Shown piece after piece: positions 9,135 through 19,715 of a stretch of 64,000 nucleotides of DNA (positions are counted from its first letter, which is position 1; each line of letters starts with the position of its first letter). The DNA lies in NCBI GenBank assembly GCA_965242525.1, contig OZ251459.1, positions 1,728,001 to 1,792,000 on the forward strand, written 5' to 3'. The notes beneath the pieces were generated by a model, which saw only the letters and a program-made list of their open reading frames with translations, was not told the origin of the DNA and made no database searches. Origin of the DNA: an uncultured Candidatus Binatia bacterium (GTDB lineage Bacteria; Desulfobacterota; Binatia; UBA9968; JAJDTQ01). Both the position numbers and the translations under genes were made by a program.

Positions 9135-9617
9135 TCAAGCCCGGTCGGCAACGAAACCGAGCCGCGGGCGCCGGTCGCCGCCGCACGCCAGAGCCAAACC
9201 CAGGGCGCCCGCGGCCACGGGGAAGGAGACGTCCGTGAGCTTCCACGCGATCCCGAGGCCGTCGGCGCCCACGGTCCGGTAGCCGAGGCCCCATTCGAGG
9301 TTCAGGACGTAGAACCAGTTCCAGTAGTACAGGAGGCCGATGACGCAGAAGGCGTAGAACAGCACGTTGGCGCTCAACCGGCTCCACGTGACCGCGTCGC
9401 CGGAAGCCGCTGCGTCCGCCGCACGCTTGCGCGCGTATGCGAACAGGACGCCCAGCACCACCGCAGCCCCGGTGAACCAGTCGATGACGCTCCACCACGG
9501 GATGTACGGGGAGGCCTCCGTGGACTCGTAGATCAGCGGCTCGACGAAACCGAGTATCCCCACCACCAGCGCCATGACGATGAGGTACGCTCCGACGACC
9601 TTCCTGATCGCGTCCAT
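9135..9617 (-). CDS. Hypothetical membrane protein (~4 TM)
   Basis: Four hydrophobic segments from MDAIRKVVGAYL; GGAGG RBS. Confidence 0.75.
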   Translation of the reverse strand: MDAIRKVVGAYLIVMALVVGILGFVEPLIYESTEASPYIPWWSVIDWFTGAAVVLGVLFAYARKRAADAAASGDAVTWSRLSANVLFYAFCVIGLLYYWNWFYVLNLEWGLGYRTVGADGLGIAWKLTDVSFPVAAGALGLALACGGDRRPRLGFVADRA

Positions 9618-9706
9618 GCCTCCCTCCTTCCGGCGGCGCCCCCCGTCCATGCCTCCCCCGGACGAGGACCCATGACCCCGTAAGCTAACAGCATCCGGCG
9701 CGCTTC

Positions 9707-10198
9707 TCAACCGGGGAAATCCGGGACACTCGCCAACTCCGCCTCCACGAAGTCCTCCGCCTGCGGGTCCCAGGCATAGACCGCCATCCGGGCCACCGCG
9801 CCCTCCATGACCGAGACCACCATCTGGGCGGCGTCCGGGTAGGCGGGCTCGCCGAAGGGGCTGGCGCAGGCCCTGTCTTCGTCGGAGAAGTAGGCGTCGT
9901 GGTCGGGGTGGGAATGGTAGAACGCCCGGAGGCGCAGCCCGCTCCGTTCCGCCTGCTCCAGGACCGCGGCCAGGGCTCCGGGGTCCATGGTGTAGGCGGT
10001 CCGGGCGTCCCGCGGGAAGGTCTCGGGATCCTTGGCGTGGAGGCGGTTCTGGATGTTGGGGAGCCGGTGGACCTCGTGGACGCGGCGGCCGCGGCCCAGG
10101 ATGACGCCGCAGCACTCCTCCGGCCAGGCATCCCGGGCGTGCGCGGCCACCGCGGCCACGGCCGCTTCGGTCAGTCGGAGTGCGGCGCCGGACTTCAT
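9707..10198 (-). CDS. JAB/MPN+ (M67) metallopeptidase
   Basis: PEECCG and YHSHPDHDAYFSDED JAMM motif. Confidence 0.9.
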   Translation of the reverse strand: MKSGAALRLTEAAVAAVAAHARDAWPEECCGVILGRGRRVHEVHRLPNIQNRLHAKDPETFPRDARTAYTMDPGALAAVLEQAERSGLRLRAFYHSHPDHDAYFSDEDRACASPFGEPAYPDAAQMVVSVMEGAVARMAVYAWDPQAEDFVEAELASVPDFPG

Positions 10199-10228
10199 TC
10201 CACCCCCGGGGCCGGACCGGACAGGCCC

Positions 10229-11443
10229 CTAATCGATGACCCCCTCCCGCGTGAGGGTCTCGAACTCGTGGTCCGGCAGCCCCAGCAACTCGCGGTAGAA
10301 ATAGGCGTTATGCTCGCCCAGCAAGGGGTCCCTTCGGTCCGGACCGCCATCGCTCCCGGACAGGGTGAACGGCGCCCGCTGGTACGACATGACCCCGATC
10401 TCCGGATGTTCCATGGGGTTCCATTGGCCTCGATGCGCGAGCTGCGGGTCCTGGTAAACCTGGTCCATGCGGTTGACCACTCCTGACGGAACGCCCGCGG
10501 CCTGGAGCCGCTCCACCAGGTCCCGGGCCTCGAACCCGCGCGTCCACTCGCCGACCCGGGCCTCCAGCTCGTCCACCCGGGCGCGCCGGGCGGCCGCGGT
10601 GGCGTACTCGTCCCGGCCGCCCCATTCCGGGCGCTCCATGACATGGCACAACCCCCTCCACTGCTCGTCCGAAGCGACGCTGAGGACGCACCAGTGGTCC
10701 TCGCCGGCGCAGGGGAACGCGCCGTGGGGCGCGGCCGTCGGATGGCGGTTGCCGTCGCGCATGGTGACGACGCCGTTGAGGCCGTAGTCCAGCAGCAGCG
10801 GCGCGATGTACTGGAGCCCGGTCTCGTACTGCGCCAAGTCGATGTGCTGCCCGCGGCCGGTGGCGTCCCGGTGCTCCAGCGCGGCCAGCACCGCCACCAC
10901 GCCGTAGCCCACGGCGATGTAGTCGATATACGGGCCGTAGAGGATCTGGGGCGAGCCGTCCCGGTATCCGGTAAGGTTGGTGAAACCGGCCAGCGAGGAA
11001 AGCTGGGAGCCGAAGCCGGGGTGGTGCGCGTGGGGGCCGCTCTGTCCCAGGTTGGAGCTGCTCAACATGACGAGCCGCGGGTTGACCTCCTTCAGGGTCT
11101 CGTACCCCAGGCCCAGACGGCCCATGGTGCCCGGGCTGAAGTTCTCCACCAGGATGTCCGCCCAGCCGGCGATGCGCCGGGCCAGCGCCGTGGCGGCCGG
11201 CCCCTTCTTCAGGTTGAGGGTCACCCCCAGCTTCTCGCTGTTGCACAGCGCGAACAGGCCGGAGCGGTTGAGCCCGTGGACGTTGTCCTTGTACGGGGGG
11301 TAGTGGGTACGGAAACCGTCGGGGCGCACCCGCGACTCCACGTGGACCACGGTGGCGCCCTGGTCCACCAGATGCTTGCCCACCACCGGGCCCGCGGCAT
11401 ACGCGGCGAACTCCGCCACCTTGAGGCCTTCCAGCGCCTTCAT
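10229..11443 (-). CDS. Class III CoA-transferase (CaiB/BaiF)
   Basis: AAGPVVG, ENFSPG, LGLGYETL, GRGQHIDL, LGEHN. Confidence 0.92.
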   Translation of the reverse strand: MKALEGLKVAEFAAYAAGPVVGKHLVDQGATVVHVESRVRPDGFRTHYPPYKDNVHGLNRSGLFALCNSEKLGVTLNLKKGPAATALARRIAGWADILVENFSPGTMGRLGLGYETLKEVNPRLVMLSSSNLGQSGPHAHHPGFGSQLSSLAGFTNLTGYRDGSPQILYGPYIDYIAVGYGVVAVLAALEHRDATGRGQHIDLAQYETGLQYIAPLLLDYGLNGVVTMRDGNRHPTAAPHGAFPCAGEDHWCVLSVASDEQWRGLCHVMERPEWGGRDEYATAAARRARVDELEARVGEWTRGFEARDLVERLQAAGVPSGVVNRMDQVYQDPQLAHRGQWNPMEHPEIGVMSYQRAPFTLSGSDGGPDRRDPLLGEHNAYFYRELLGLPDHEFETLTREGVID

Positions 11444-11492
11444 GGTCCTCCCGTCCGGGACGGCCGCCGCCGGCCGCCCGTCCTTTCCCGCG

Positions 11493-12752
11493 TCAGATCA
11501 CGCCCCGGTCCCCGAGGCGCGCCAGCTCCTCCGGGTCCAGGCCCAACTCGGCGTATATCTCCCGGTTGTGCTCGCCGATGAGCGGCGCCCTGCGGCGGAT
11601 CCGGCAGGGGAACTCCGAGAACCGCGCGAACCCCCCCGGGTAGGTGATGGAGCGGTCGAGATCGGGATGCTCCACCTCCTGCCAGAACCCCCTCGCCCGG
11701 AGCTGCGGGTCGGCGAGGATCTCCTGGGCGGTGGAGACGGGATAGCCGAGCATGCCGCGCTCGGTCACGGCCTCGAAGAACTCCCGCTTGGTGACGCCCG
11801 CGAAGAACTCGCCGATGGGCTTCTCCATGACGTCGATCTCCTCCTGGGTCACCTGCTCGATGTGGAACGTGCGCCAGTCCTTCCGCAGCAGGAACTCCGG
11901 CGCCGCCCCCTTGTCGGCCATCCATTCCACCAGCGCCTGGTTGGTCTTGCGCCCGGCTTCGCCCCCGTAGATGATGAAGTTGAGGTAGCCGTCCTTGCAG
12001 GGCCAGAACACCCGCATCCTGGCGCCGGTGATGGTGCGCCCGGTCATGAAGGAGCCGGCGCGCTTCTCCAAAGCCCGGTTGAGGTCCCAGAAGGTATGGG
12101 CGTGGGAGAAACCCCAGAGCATGCACGCCTGGGCCGACACGTCCACGTGCTCGCCGCGGCCGGTGCGCTTGCGCTGGGTGTGGGCCACCAGGGCCCCCAT
12201 GGCGGCGTAGGCGCCGGTCCACTGGTAGGACTGGGGAAAGGTCACCCGGAGCGGCGGCCGATCCGGGTCGCCGGTGAGCGACATGCACCCGCTCATGGCC
12301 ATGATCTCGATGTCCGTGGCCCGGTACCGGCTGTAGGGGCCGGTCAGCCCGAAGGGGGTGATGGACACCAGCACCAGCCCGGGGTTGGCCTCCCGGATGG
12401 CCGCATGGCCGAGAGCGATGTCGTCCAGGTAGCCGGGCCGGAAGGTCTCCAGGACGAAGTCCGCCTTCTCCACGAGCCTGCGGAAGAGGTCCTGCCCTTC
12501 CGGGGCTTCGATGTCCAGCGTGATCCCGCGCTTGTTGTTGTTGAAGGCGAACCAGTACAGGCTCTTCTCGGGATCGTTGCCCCCGTCCAGGTACGGCCCG
12601 ATGCGCCGGGCGGCGTCGCCTCCGGGCCGCTCCACCTTGACCACGTCGGCGCCGAGGTCGCCCAGGGTCTTGCCGCAGAGGAAGCCCAGCTCGTCGGTCA
12701 GGTCCAGTACGCGGTAGGGCGCCAGAGGCCCTTGCTGCTCATGCGGCGTCAT
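11493..12752 (-). CDS. Class III CoA-transferase (CaiB/BaiF), partner subunit
   Basis: RVLDL, LGADVVKVERPGGD, NKRGITLD, ITPFGLTGPY, APLIGEHN. Confidence 0.92.
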   Translation of the reverse strand: MTPHEQQGPLAPYRVLDLTDELGFLCGKTLGDLGADVVKVERPGGDAARRIGPYLDGGNDPEKSLYWFAFNNNKRGITLDIEAPEGQDLFRRLVEKADFVLETFRPGYLDDIALGHAAIREANPGLVLVSITPFGLTGPYSRYRATDIEIMAMSGCMSLTGDPDRPPLRVTFPQSYQWTGAYAAMGALVAHTQRKRTGRGEHVDVSAQACMLWGFSHAHTFWDLNRALEKRAGSFMTGRTITGARMRVFWPCKDGYLNFIIYGGEAGRKTNQALVEWMADKGAAPEFLLRKDWRTFHIEQVTQEEIDVMEKPIGEFFAGVTKREFFEAVTERGMLGYPVSTAQEILADPQLRARGFWQEVEHPDLDRSITYPGGFARFSEFPCRIRRRAPLIGEHNREIYAELGLDPEELARLGDRGVI

Positions 12753-12853
12753 CGACCTGCCGCGGGTCCGTGTTCGCGCTCATCGACGGCTCCGTCCCTC
12801 CCCCGGTTTCGTCCGCATAGCCCGCAGGGCCGGGCGTTGTCAACATGCGCCCG

Positions 12854-13252
12854 TCACCCGCTGCCGTATTCCACGTAGTTGGACACGCGCCAGCCCGGCC
12901 CCTCCCTGCGCACGCGGACCAGGATCCTTCGGCGGAACTCGTCGGCGCCCTCCGGCCGGACGGTGAGCTCATATACGAACGCGGCGCCCCTGCCCGCTTC
13001 GCGCCGTTCCAGCAGACTGTAATAGACCCGGGGCTTGCGCGTGCCCGTGTCGATGGAGTGCCCCGAAGTCAGCCGGATCCGCTCGTCCACCTTCCGCCGG
13101 GCGAGCCCCACCGTGTAGTCCCGGGACCCGGGCAGGTCGATCTCCACGTAGTGCCGGTCGAGGAACGCCTCCGCGGCGCCCCGGGCCGTGGCGTCGCCGG
13201 CCCCTTCGCAACCCGCCAGGAGCAGTACCACGCACAGCGCGCGCCAAGTCAC
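12854..13252 (-). CDS. Hypothetical lipoprotein
   Basis: Lipobox LLAGC after a hydrophobic signal. Confidence 0.7.
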   Translation of the reverse strand: MTWRALCVVLLLAGCEGAGDATARGAAEAFLDRHYVEIDLPGSRDYTVGLARRKVDERIRLTSGHSIDTGTRKPRVYYSLLERREAGRGAAFVYELTVRPEGADEFRRRILVRVRREGPGWRVSNYVEYGSG

Positions 13253-13430
13253 CCCGCGGGCCTCCTCCCACCGAGGGCCCTCCGGTCTTCCCCTCGGCGC
13301 CGGGCGGCCTCCCGGTCCTCCCGGGGACGCGGCGTCCCCGCCGGCCCTGCGCCCCTGCCGTTGCCCAAGGCCGCATATCGATCCATGAACCGGTCCGCTT
13401 CCCCGCGTCCGCAGTCTCCGGGCTCCACCT

Positions 13431-13931
13431 TCAACCCCGGGTCCGCGCAGGCGCGAACGGGTCCCGGCCCCTGGCCCGGACCATACCGTAAACGCACAAC
13501 GCCGCGCCCACGCAGATGAAGCTGTCCGCCACGTTGAAGGCCGGCCAGTGGTAGCCCTTCCAGTGGACGTCCAGGAAGTCGATCACCTCGCCGTGGAACA
13601 CCCGGTCCACCAGGTTGCCCGCGGCCCCTCCCAGGATGAACGTCAACGCAAGCGCGAGAACCGTATCCGCCTCCGAGAGCCTCCGCAGCAGGTGGACCAC
13701 GAAGGCCATGGCCGCCAGCGAGAAGGCCAGGAGGACGTAGGAGCCCAGGGCCCTGCGCTCGCCGGCCATGAGTCCAAAGGCGGCGCCGGTGTTGCGCACG
13801 TGGGTCAGATCCACCCAGCCCTCGATGACCGGGATCGAGTGGTGGAGCGGGATCATGTGGCCCACCAGGAGCTTGGCGCCCTGGTCGAGCAGCACGATCA
13901 CCGCCAGCAGTGTCGCTATGCGTGTGCGCAT
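13431..13931 (-). CDS. lspA: Lipoprotein signal peptidase II
   Basis: [37 protein letters not shown]; overlaps the 3' end of ileS. Confidence 0.95.
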   Translation of the reverse strand: MRTRIATLLAVIVLLDQGAKLLVGHMIPLHHSIPVIEGWVDLTHVRNTGAAFGLMAGERRALGSYVLLAFSLAAMAFVVHLLRRLSEADTVLALALTFILGGAAGNLVDRVFHGEVIDFLDVHWKGYHWPAFNVADSFICVGAALCVYGMVRARGRDPFAPARTRG

Positions 13932-16825
13932 TCGGTCTGCGGCAAGGATCGCAACACTTCCGCGCAACGCGGACAGACGCCCGGACGGACCGCGTCCTTC
14001 CCCACGCCGGCGTGGTACTTCCAGCACCGCTCGCACTTTTCGCCGCCCGCGGGATAGACCCCGACGGCTCCGCCCAGAAGCGCGCTGTCGAAGCCCGTGC
14101 CCTGCCCCGCGGGCGCGCTGCGGGAGCGCTTGCCGCCCTCTTCCTCGGCTCCGGGTTCCGGGTACGCCAGCTCGGCCGACGGCGCCCCCGGAACCACCGA
14201 CACCTGCGAGACGATGAAGACGTCCTCCCACGGGGTGGCCGCGGCCCCGCGCAACAGGGCCTGGATGCCCGGGGCCTTGCCGTAGGCGTCCGGATAGAGC
14301 GCCACCCGGGCGTCCAGGGAGTGGCCGATGGCGCCCGATTGACGCGCGGCCTCCAGGGCCTTCAGCACCTCGCCGCGCAGGTCCAGCCGCAAGTCCCATT
14401 CGGCCGCCAACTCCGGGTCGGACCACCTGCCGTCCGGCTGCGGCATGGGCGAGAGCAGTACGCTCTCCCGATGGGGCTCCGTCCGGGGCGCGTGCTCCCA
14501 GATCTCCTCCGCGGTGAACGAGAGGATGGGCGCCATCAGGTGGACCAGGGTTTGCAGGATCCCGTGGAGGGCGGTCTGGGCCGACCTTCGGCTCACCGAG
14601 CCCCGCGCCTCGCAGTAGAGCCGGTCCTTGACGATGTCCAGGTAGAGGGAGCTCAGATCCACGCTGCAATAGTTGTTCAACGCATGATAGACGAGGTGGA
14701 ACTCGAACCGGTCGAAGGCTTCCAGGCACCGCCCCAGCAGCCGGTGGGTGCGGTCGAGGATCCAGCGGTCCAGCGCCTCCATGCCGTCGGGACCCACCGA
14801 GTGGGCGCCCGGGTCGAAGTCGTGGAGGTTGCCGATGAGGAAGCGGGCGGTGTTGCGCAGCCGCCGGTACGACTCCACCAGCCGGTTCAGGATCTCCCCG
14901 GAGATGCGCACGTCGTCCCGGTAGTCCTCCGCGGCCACCCAGAGGCGGATGATGTCGGCGCCGAACTTCCGGGTGATCTCCTGCGGCGCGGTCACGTTGC
15001 CCAGGGACTTGGACATCTTGCGTCCCTTGCCGTCCAGCACGAAACCGTGCGTGAGCACGCCGTCGTAAGGGGCGCGGCCGCGGTTCGCCACCGAGGTCAG
15101 CAGCGAGGTGTGGAACCAGCCCCGGTGCTGGTCGCTGCCTTCGAGGTACAGGTCCGCCCTGCCGCCGAGTTCCGGGCGCCGCTCCACCACCGCGGCATGG
15201 CTCACGCCGGAGTCGAACCAGACGTCCAGGATGTCCTCCTCCCGGGAGAACCGGGTGGAGCCGCAACTCTGGCAGCGGAACCCGGGCGGGGCCAAGTCTT
15301 CCACCGGCCGTCCGAACCAGGCGTCGGACCCTTCCCGCTCGAACAGCCGGGCTGCGTGCTCGCACAGGGCCTCGCTCAACTGCGTCTCGCCACACTCCCG
15401 GCAATAGAGCACGGGGATGGGCACGCCCCAGGAGCGCTGCCGGGAGATGCACCAGTCGGGCCGGTTCGCCAGCATCCCGCTGATGCGGTCCCGTCCCCAG
15501 GGCGGTATCCACTGCACTTGGTGGATGGCGTCCAGGGACCCCTGCCGCAACTCGCCCGCGGCCATGGAGATGAACCACTGCTCGGTGGCGCGGAACAGCA
15601 CCGGCCGCTTGCACCGCCAGCAGTGGGGGTAGCTGTGGTTCATCTCCTCCGACTTGAGCAGGCGCCCATCCTCCTTCAACCTGGCGATGACCCTCGGGTT
15701 GGCGTCGAAGACCATCTCCCCCCGGAACTCGCCGGCTTCCTCGGTGAACCGGCCCCGGGCGTCCACCGGCGCCCAGGCGTCCAGGCCGTACCGCTGGCCC
15801 GCCTCGAAGTCCTCGTGCCCGTGTCCCGGGGCCACGTGGACGCACCCGGTACCCTGCTCCGCGGTGACGAACTCCCCCAGGATGACGGGCGCCTCCCGGT
15901 CCAGCCACGGGTGCGAGCAGACCACGCCTTCCAGGTCCGCCCCGGACCATGAGCCCTCCAGCGCCTCGAACCGTCCGGTGTCGTACCCGAAGGTCTCCAT
16001 CAGCGATGCAACCAGGCCGTCCGCCGCCACCAGCACGCCCGCGGGGGTGCGCACGCGCCGGTACCGCATCTGCGGATGCAATGCGATGGCCTGGTTGGCC
16101 GGCAGCGTCCAGGGCGTGGTGGTCCAGATGGCGAAGGCGCCGTCCGCGTCCCCGGGCAGCTTCCCCCGGGCGTCCCGGACGGGGAACTCCACGTAGATCG
16201 AGGGGGTCGTCTGGTCGTCGTATTCGACCTCGGCTTCGGCCAGCGCGGTGGCGCAGGACGCGCACCAGTACACCGGCCTCTTCCGCCGGTACACGGCGCC
16301 TCTGGCCATGAACTTCCCGAGCTCGCGGACCTCCGCGGCCTCGTACTCGAAGTCGATGGTCCGGTACGGCTCCTGCCACCGGCCCAGCACCCCCAGCCGC
16401 CGGAACTCCTCCCGCTGCACCGAGATGAACTTCTCGGCGTGCGCGCGGCACAGCTTGCGGACCTCCAGCTTGCCGAGACGGTTCTTCTCCTCCCGGCCCA
16501 GGCTCTTCTCCACCTGGAGCTCGATGGGGAGGCCGTGGCAGTCCCAGCCCGGCACGTAAGGCGCGTAGTGGCCCCTCATGCTCTTGTACTTGACGATGAT
16601 GTCCTTGAGGACCTTGTTGAGCGCGTGCCCGATGTGGATGCGCTCGTTGGCGTAGGGCGGACCGTCGTGCAGGATGAACTTCGGACCGCCGCGGTTGGCC
16701 TCCGCCATCTTCCCGTGGATGTCGTCACGCTCCCACTTCTCCACCTGCGCGGGCTCCCTCTGCGGCAGGTTCCCGCGCATGGGAAACGTGGTCCTGGGCA
16801 GGTTGAGCGTGTCCTTGTAGTCCAT
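13916..16825 (-). CDS. ileS: Isoleucine--tRNA ligase
   Basis: [34 protein letters not shown]-terminal Zn finger CERCW...CPRC. Confidence 0.98.
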   Translation of the reverse strand: MDYKDTLNLPRTTFPMRGNLPQREPAQVEKWERDDIHGKMAEANRGGPKFILHDGPPYANERIHIGHALNKVLKDIIVKYKSMRGHYAPYVPGWDCHGLPIELQVEKSLGREEKNRLGKLEVRKLCRAHAEKFISVQREEFRRLGVLGRWQEPYRTIDFEYEAAEVRELGKFMARGAVYRRKRPVYWCASCATALAEAEVEYDDQTTPSIYVEFPVRDARGKLPGDADGAFAIWTTTPWTLPANQAIALHPQMRYRRVRTPAGVLVAADGLVASLMETFGYDTGRFEALEGSWSGADLEGVVCSHPWLDREAPVILGEFVTAEQGTGCVHVAPGHGHEDFEAGQRYGLDAWAPVDARGRFTEEAGEFRGEMVFDANPRVIARLKEDGRLLKSEEMNHSYPHCWRCKRPVLFRATEQWFISMAAGELRQGSLDAIHQVQWIPPWGRDRISGMLANRPDWCISRQRSWGVPIPVLYCRECGETQLSEALCEHAARLFEREGSDAWFGRPVEDLAPPGFRCQSCGSTRFSREEDILDVWFDSGVSHAAVVERRPELGGRADLYLEGSDQHRGWFHTSLLTSVANRGRAPYDGVLTHGFVLDGKGRKMSKSLGNVTAPQEITRKFGADIIRLWVAAEDYRDDVRISGEILNRLVESYRRLRNTARFLIGNLHDFDPGAHSVGPDGMEALDRWILDRTHRLLGRCLEAFDRFEFHLVYHALNNYCSVDLSSLYLDIVKDRLYCEARGSVSRRSAQTALHGILQTLVHLMAPILSFTAEEIWEHAPRTEPHRESVLLSPMPQPDGRWSDPELAAEWDLRLDLRGEVLKALEAARQSGAIGHSLDARVALYPDAYGKAPGIQALLRGAAATPWEDVFIVSQVSVVPGAPSAELAYPEPGAEEEGGKRSRSAPAGQGTGFDSALLGGAVGVYPAGGEKCERCWKYHAGVGKDAVRPGVCPRCAEVLRSLPQTECAHA

Positions 16826-16959
16826 GAGCTTCGTCCCTCACTTGCCGGCAAGCGACTTCCACGGCGCCAGGGAAACCTCGTGAAAGAGTCCGGTTCGGGC
16901 CGGCCAAGCGGGAGTCGGGAGGATGGTCCCTTCCGAAATCCCTCCCGGAAGCCTCTCAA

Positions 16960-17068
16960 GGAAACCCTGAACGATTATCCCGTTCGTCCCGAGCGTAGCG
17001 AAGCGAAGTCGAAGGACGCGCTTTCCCACAGGGAGATGGGGTTCGAACCGGAATCGTTCAGGGTTTCC
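16960..17068 (+). mobile_element. MITE copy B (short) upstream of ileS
   Basis: Perfect 17-bp TIR GGAAACCCTGAACGATT / AATCGTTCAGGGTTTCC, REP core inside, flanks TCAA / TTAA. Confidence 0.85.
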
Positions 17069-17300
17069 TTAACACAATTAACACAAAGCCGCGCCGGTAG
17101 TCCACGGGAAGGAAGGCCGGGGAAACCGGCTGGATTCACGGACCTCCCTATGGTATGAGAACTCGATTTTCGACGGGATCCCCGCTCGTTTCCCCACCGA
17201 AGAAAGGTCCTGCCTCTCGTTCGTCCCGTACGAGGAGAGATCCCGCGGGGAGGCTCGCTCCGGCATCACCGGGGTCCGGCGCAGCCGAGGAGGAACCTCG

Positions 17301-18071
17301 ATGGCAAACGCGAAGAAGAAGCAGCGCGGGTCCAACGCGCGCGAGCTCGGGCGGCTCAGGAAGACCGTGGCCCGGGCCACGCGCATGCTCTTCCACCAGG
17401 GTCTCGCGGATTACCACGGCCACGTGAGCGCCCGGGTCCCGGGCGCCGACAAGCTGCTCATCAAACCGGTGCTGGCGCCCCTGGGATCCATCCGCAGCAA
17501 GGACATCATGGAGGTGGACATCCGGGAGTACAAGGAGAACTGCGAGGCCAACTGGGCCAGGGCCGGCGACCAGAAGGCCGTCATCCAGCTCAAGATCCCG
17601 CCCCGGGAAACCATGATCCATGCGGCCATCTACGAAGCGCGGCCGGACGTGAACGCGGTGGTCCACACCCATCAACCCCTGGCCACGGCGTTCGCCATCG
17701 CCGGCGTCCCCATCCGCCCCATCTACAACCAGGCTGCGGCCTTCGCCCCCGAAACGCCCGTGTTCCACAGCCCCCGGTTGATCTACACCGTCCGGGACGG
17801 CGTCGAGGTGGCGGCCGCGCTGGCCGACCGCATGGCCGTGCTGATGCAGGGACACGGCGTCACCACCGTGGGGGACAGCGTGGAGCAGGCCGCGTGCCAC
17901 GCGGTTTACCTGGAACGAACCGCGTACATGCAGTGGGTGGCCGGCAGCGTGGGCCGGGCCGTGTCCATGCCGGACCGGAACACCGCCATCATGGCGGCGA
18001 CCAACCGCGGGCGGGCGCACCACGCCTTCGCCTACTTCACCGGCCTCATGCCGGAAGAGATGCAGGACTAG
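17301..18071 (+). CDS. Class II aldolase/adducin family protein
   Basis: GHVSAR, ETMIHAAIY..RPDVNAVVHTH, LMQGHG. Confidence 0.9.
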   Translation: MANAKKKQRGSNARELGRLRKTVARATRMLFHQGLADYHGHVSARVPGADKLLIKPVLAPLGSIRSKDIMEVDIREYKENCEANWARAGDQKAVIQLKIPPRETMIHAAIYEARPDVNAVVHTHQPLATAFAIAGVPIRPIYNQAAAFAPETPVFHSPRLIYTVRDGVEVAAALADRMAVLMQGHGVTTVGDSVEQAACHAVYLERTAYMQWVAGSVGRAVSMPDRNTAIMAATNRGRAHHAFAYFTGLMPEEMQD

Positions 18072-18104
18072 GGGTCCGTCCCCCGCGAGAACGGAAGGAG
18101 AACC

Positions 18105-19676
18105 ATGGCCGAGCCGAACCGCAGCGCGTCCGGAGCCGCGGGCCGTCCCATCCAGGACATCCGGGAATGGCTCGACCGCGCCGAAGGGATCCAAGAGCTC
18201 ATCCAGATCGAAAAGCCGGTGGACCGGGACGAGGAGATGAGCGCCATCACCTACCTGGTGGCCAAGCAGGACCCGTCGCCGGCGATCCTGTTCGACAACC
18301 CCAGGGGATACGAGGACAGCCCCATCGGCGCCCGGATGCTCTGGAACATCCTGGGTCCCAGCCCGAAACGCATCGCCCTCACCATCGAGGAGCCCCCGGA
18401 GACCCCGACCCTGGAGCTCATCCGCCGGCTCAAGGAGAAGATGAAGGACCGGGTCCCGCCGCGGGAGGTGCCCGCGGCCGAGGCGCCCGTGTACGAGAAC
18501 ACCCTGGCCGAAGACGCCATCGACCTGGAGCAGTTGCCCATCCCCAGGCATTGGCCGCTGGACGGCGGCCGTTACGCGGGCACCGCGGACGCGGTGTTCA
18601 CGCGGGACCCGGACTCCGGCTACCTGAACATCGGCACCTACCGGATGATGCTCCAGGGCAAGCGGGAGGTGGGTCTCTACCTGTCGCCGGGAAAGGACGC
18701 CCGGCTCCACATCACGCGGTGCTGGGAAAAGGGCGAGTCCATCCCGGTGGCCGCGGCGTGGGGCATCGACCCGCTGTTCATGCTGGTGGGCTCCCAGACC
18801 TTTCCCAAGAACGTGTCGGAGTACGAGTTCGCCGGCGGCATCAAGGGAGAGCCCATCCCGGTGGTGCGGGCCCAGACCAGCGACCTGCTGCTGCCGGCCA
18901 ACGCGGAGCTCGTGGTGGAGGGCGTCATCAGGCCCAACTCGGTGAAGACCGAAGGTCCCTTCGGGGAGTTTCCCGGATACTACGGCAGGCCGGAGGCGGG
19001 CTGCCCGCTGGTGGACGTCACCCGGGTGCACTACCGCACCCGCCCGGTGCTGACCAACGCCATCATGGCGGACTATCCCTCCTGCGAGCAGAGCGGCTTC
19101 TTCGCGGTGATCCGGTCGGCGCGCATCTGGGACGACCTGGACAAGCTGGGGATACCCGGGGTCCAGGGCGTGTACGCCCATCCCGCGGGCGCCGGAGGCT
19201 TCGGCATGACCGTCGTCAGCCTGGAGCAGCGCTATGCCGGCCACGCGGCCCAGTGCCTGGCCCTGGCCGCCCAGGTGCCCGGCGGCGCGTACTACACCAA
19301 GTGGATCATCGCGGTGGACGAGGACATCGACCCCACGGACATGGACCAGGTGATCTGGGCCATGAGCAGCCGCTGCAACCCCATCGACGACATCGACGTC
19401 CTGCGCAACACCTGGAGCACCTGGCTGGACCCCACCCAGAACCCGCCGGAGGAACGCCCCTACGGCTCCAAGGCGCTCATCAACGCGTGCAAGGAGCACC
19501 GCTACCTGCCGGTCTTCTCCAAGCGCACCACGCTGCGGCGGGAGATGTACGACCAGGTGGCCCGGCGCTGGAAGGAACTGGGGCTGCGGGGGACCGTCCC
19601 CGAAGTCCGGGCGTTCGAGCAGGAGAAGAAAGTCGTCTATCACGAGCAGGGGGGGTTCGAGCCGGGCAAGAAGTAG
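18105..19676 (+). CDS. UbiD-family (prFMN-dependent) decarboxylase
   Basis: DGGRY, NIGTYR, EGPFGEFPGYY, VDEDIDP. Confidence 0.93.
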   Translation: MAEPNRSASGAAGRPIQDIREWLDRAEGIQELIQIEKPVDRDEEMSAITYLVAKQDPSPAILFDNPRGYEDSPIGARMLWNILGPSPKRIALTIEEPPETPTLELIRRLKEKMKDRVPPREVPAAEAPVYENTLAEDAIDLEQLPIPRHWPLDGGRYAGTADAVFTRDPDSGYLNIGTYRMMLQGKREVGLYLSPGKDARLHITRCWEKGESIPVAAAWGIDPLFMLVGSQTFPKNVSEYEFAGGIKGEPIPVVRAQTSDLLLPANAELVVEGVIRPNSVKTEGPFGEFPGYYGRPEAGCPLVDVTRVHYRTRPVLTNAIMADYPSCEQSGFFAVIRSARIWDDLDKLGIPGVQGVYAHPAGAGGFGMTVVSLEQRYAGHAAQCLALAAQVPGGAYYTKWIIAVDEDIDPTDMDQVIWAMSSRCNPIDDIDVLRNTWSTWLDPTQNPPEERPYGSKALINACKEHRYLPVFSKRTTLRREMYDQVARRWKELGLRGTVPEVRAFEQEKKVVYHEQGGFEPGKK

Positions 19677-19715
19677 CGCTCGCTCCCCCTTGCCCGGTAC
19701 GATGCCGCAACCGCC

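Noticed and set aside
13431-16451. 1006-aa ORF as an IleS-LspA fusion or overlap gene
   Set aside because: Off-frame GC-rich readthrough; lspA starts at 13931
17030-17055. tRNA fragment (GGTTCGAACC T-loop-like) or T-box upstream of ileS
   Set aside because: No cloverleaf or T-box consensus; the sequence lies within MITE B
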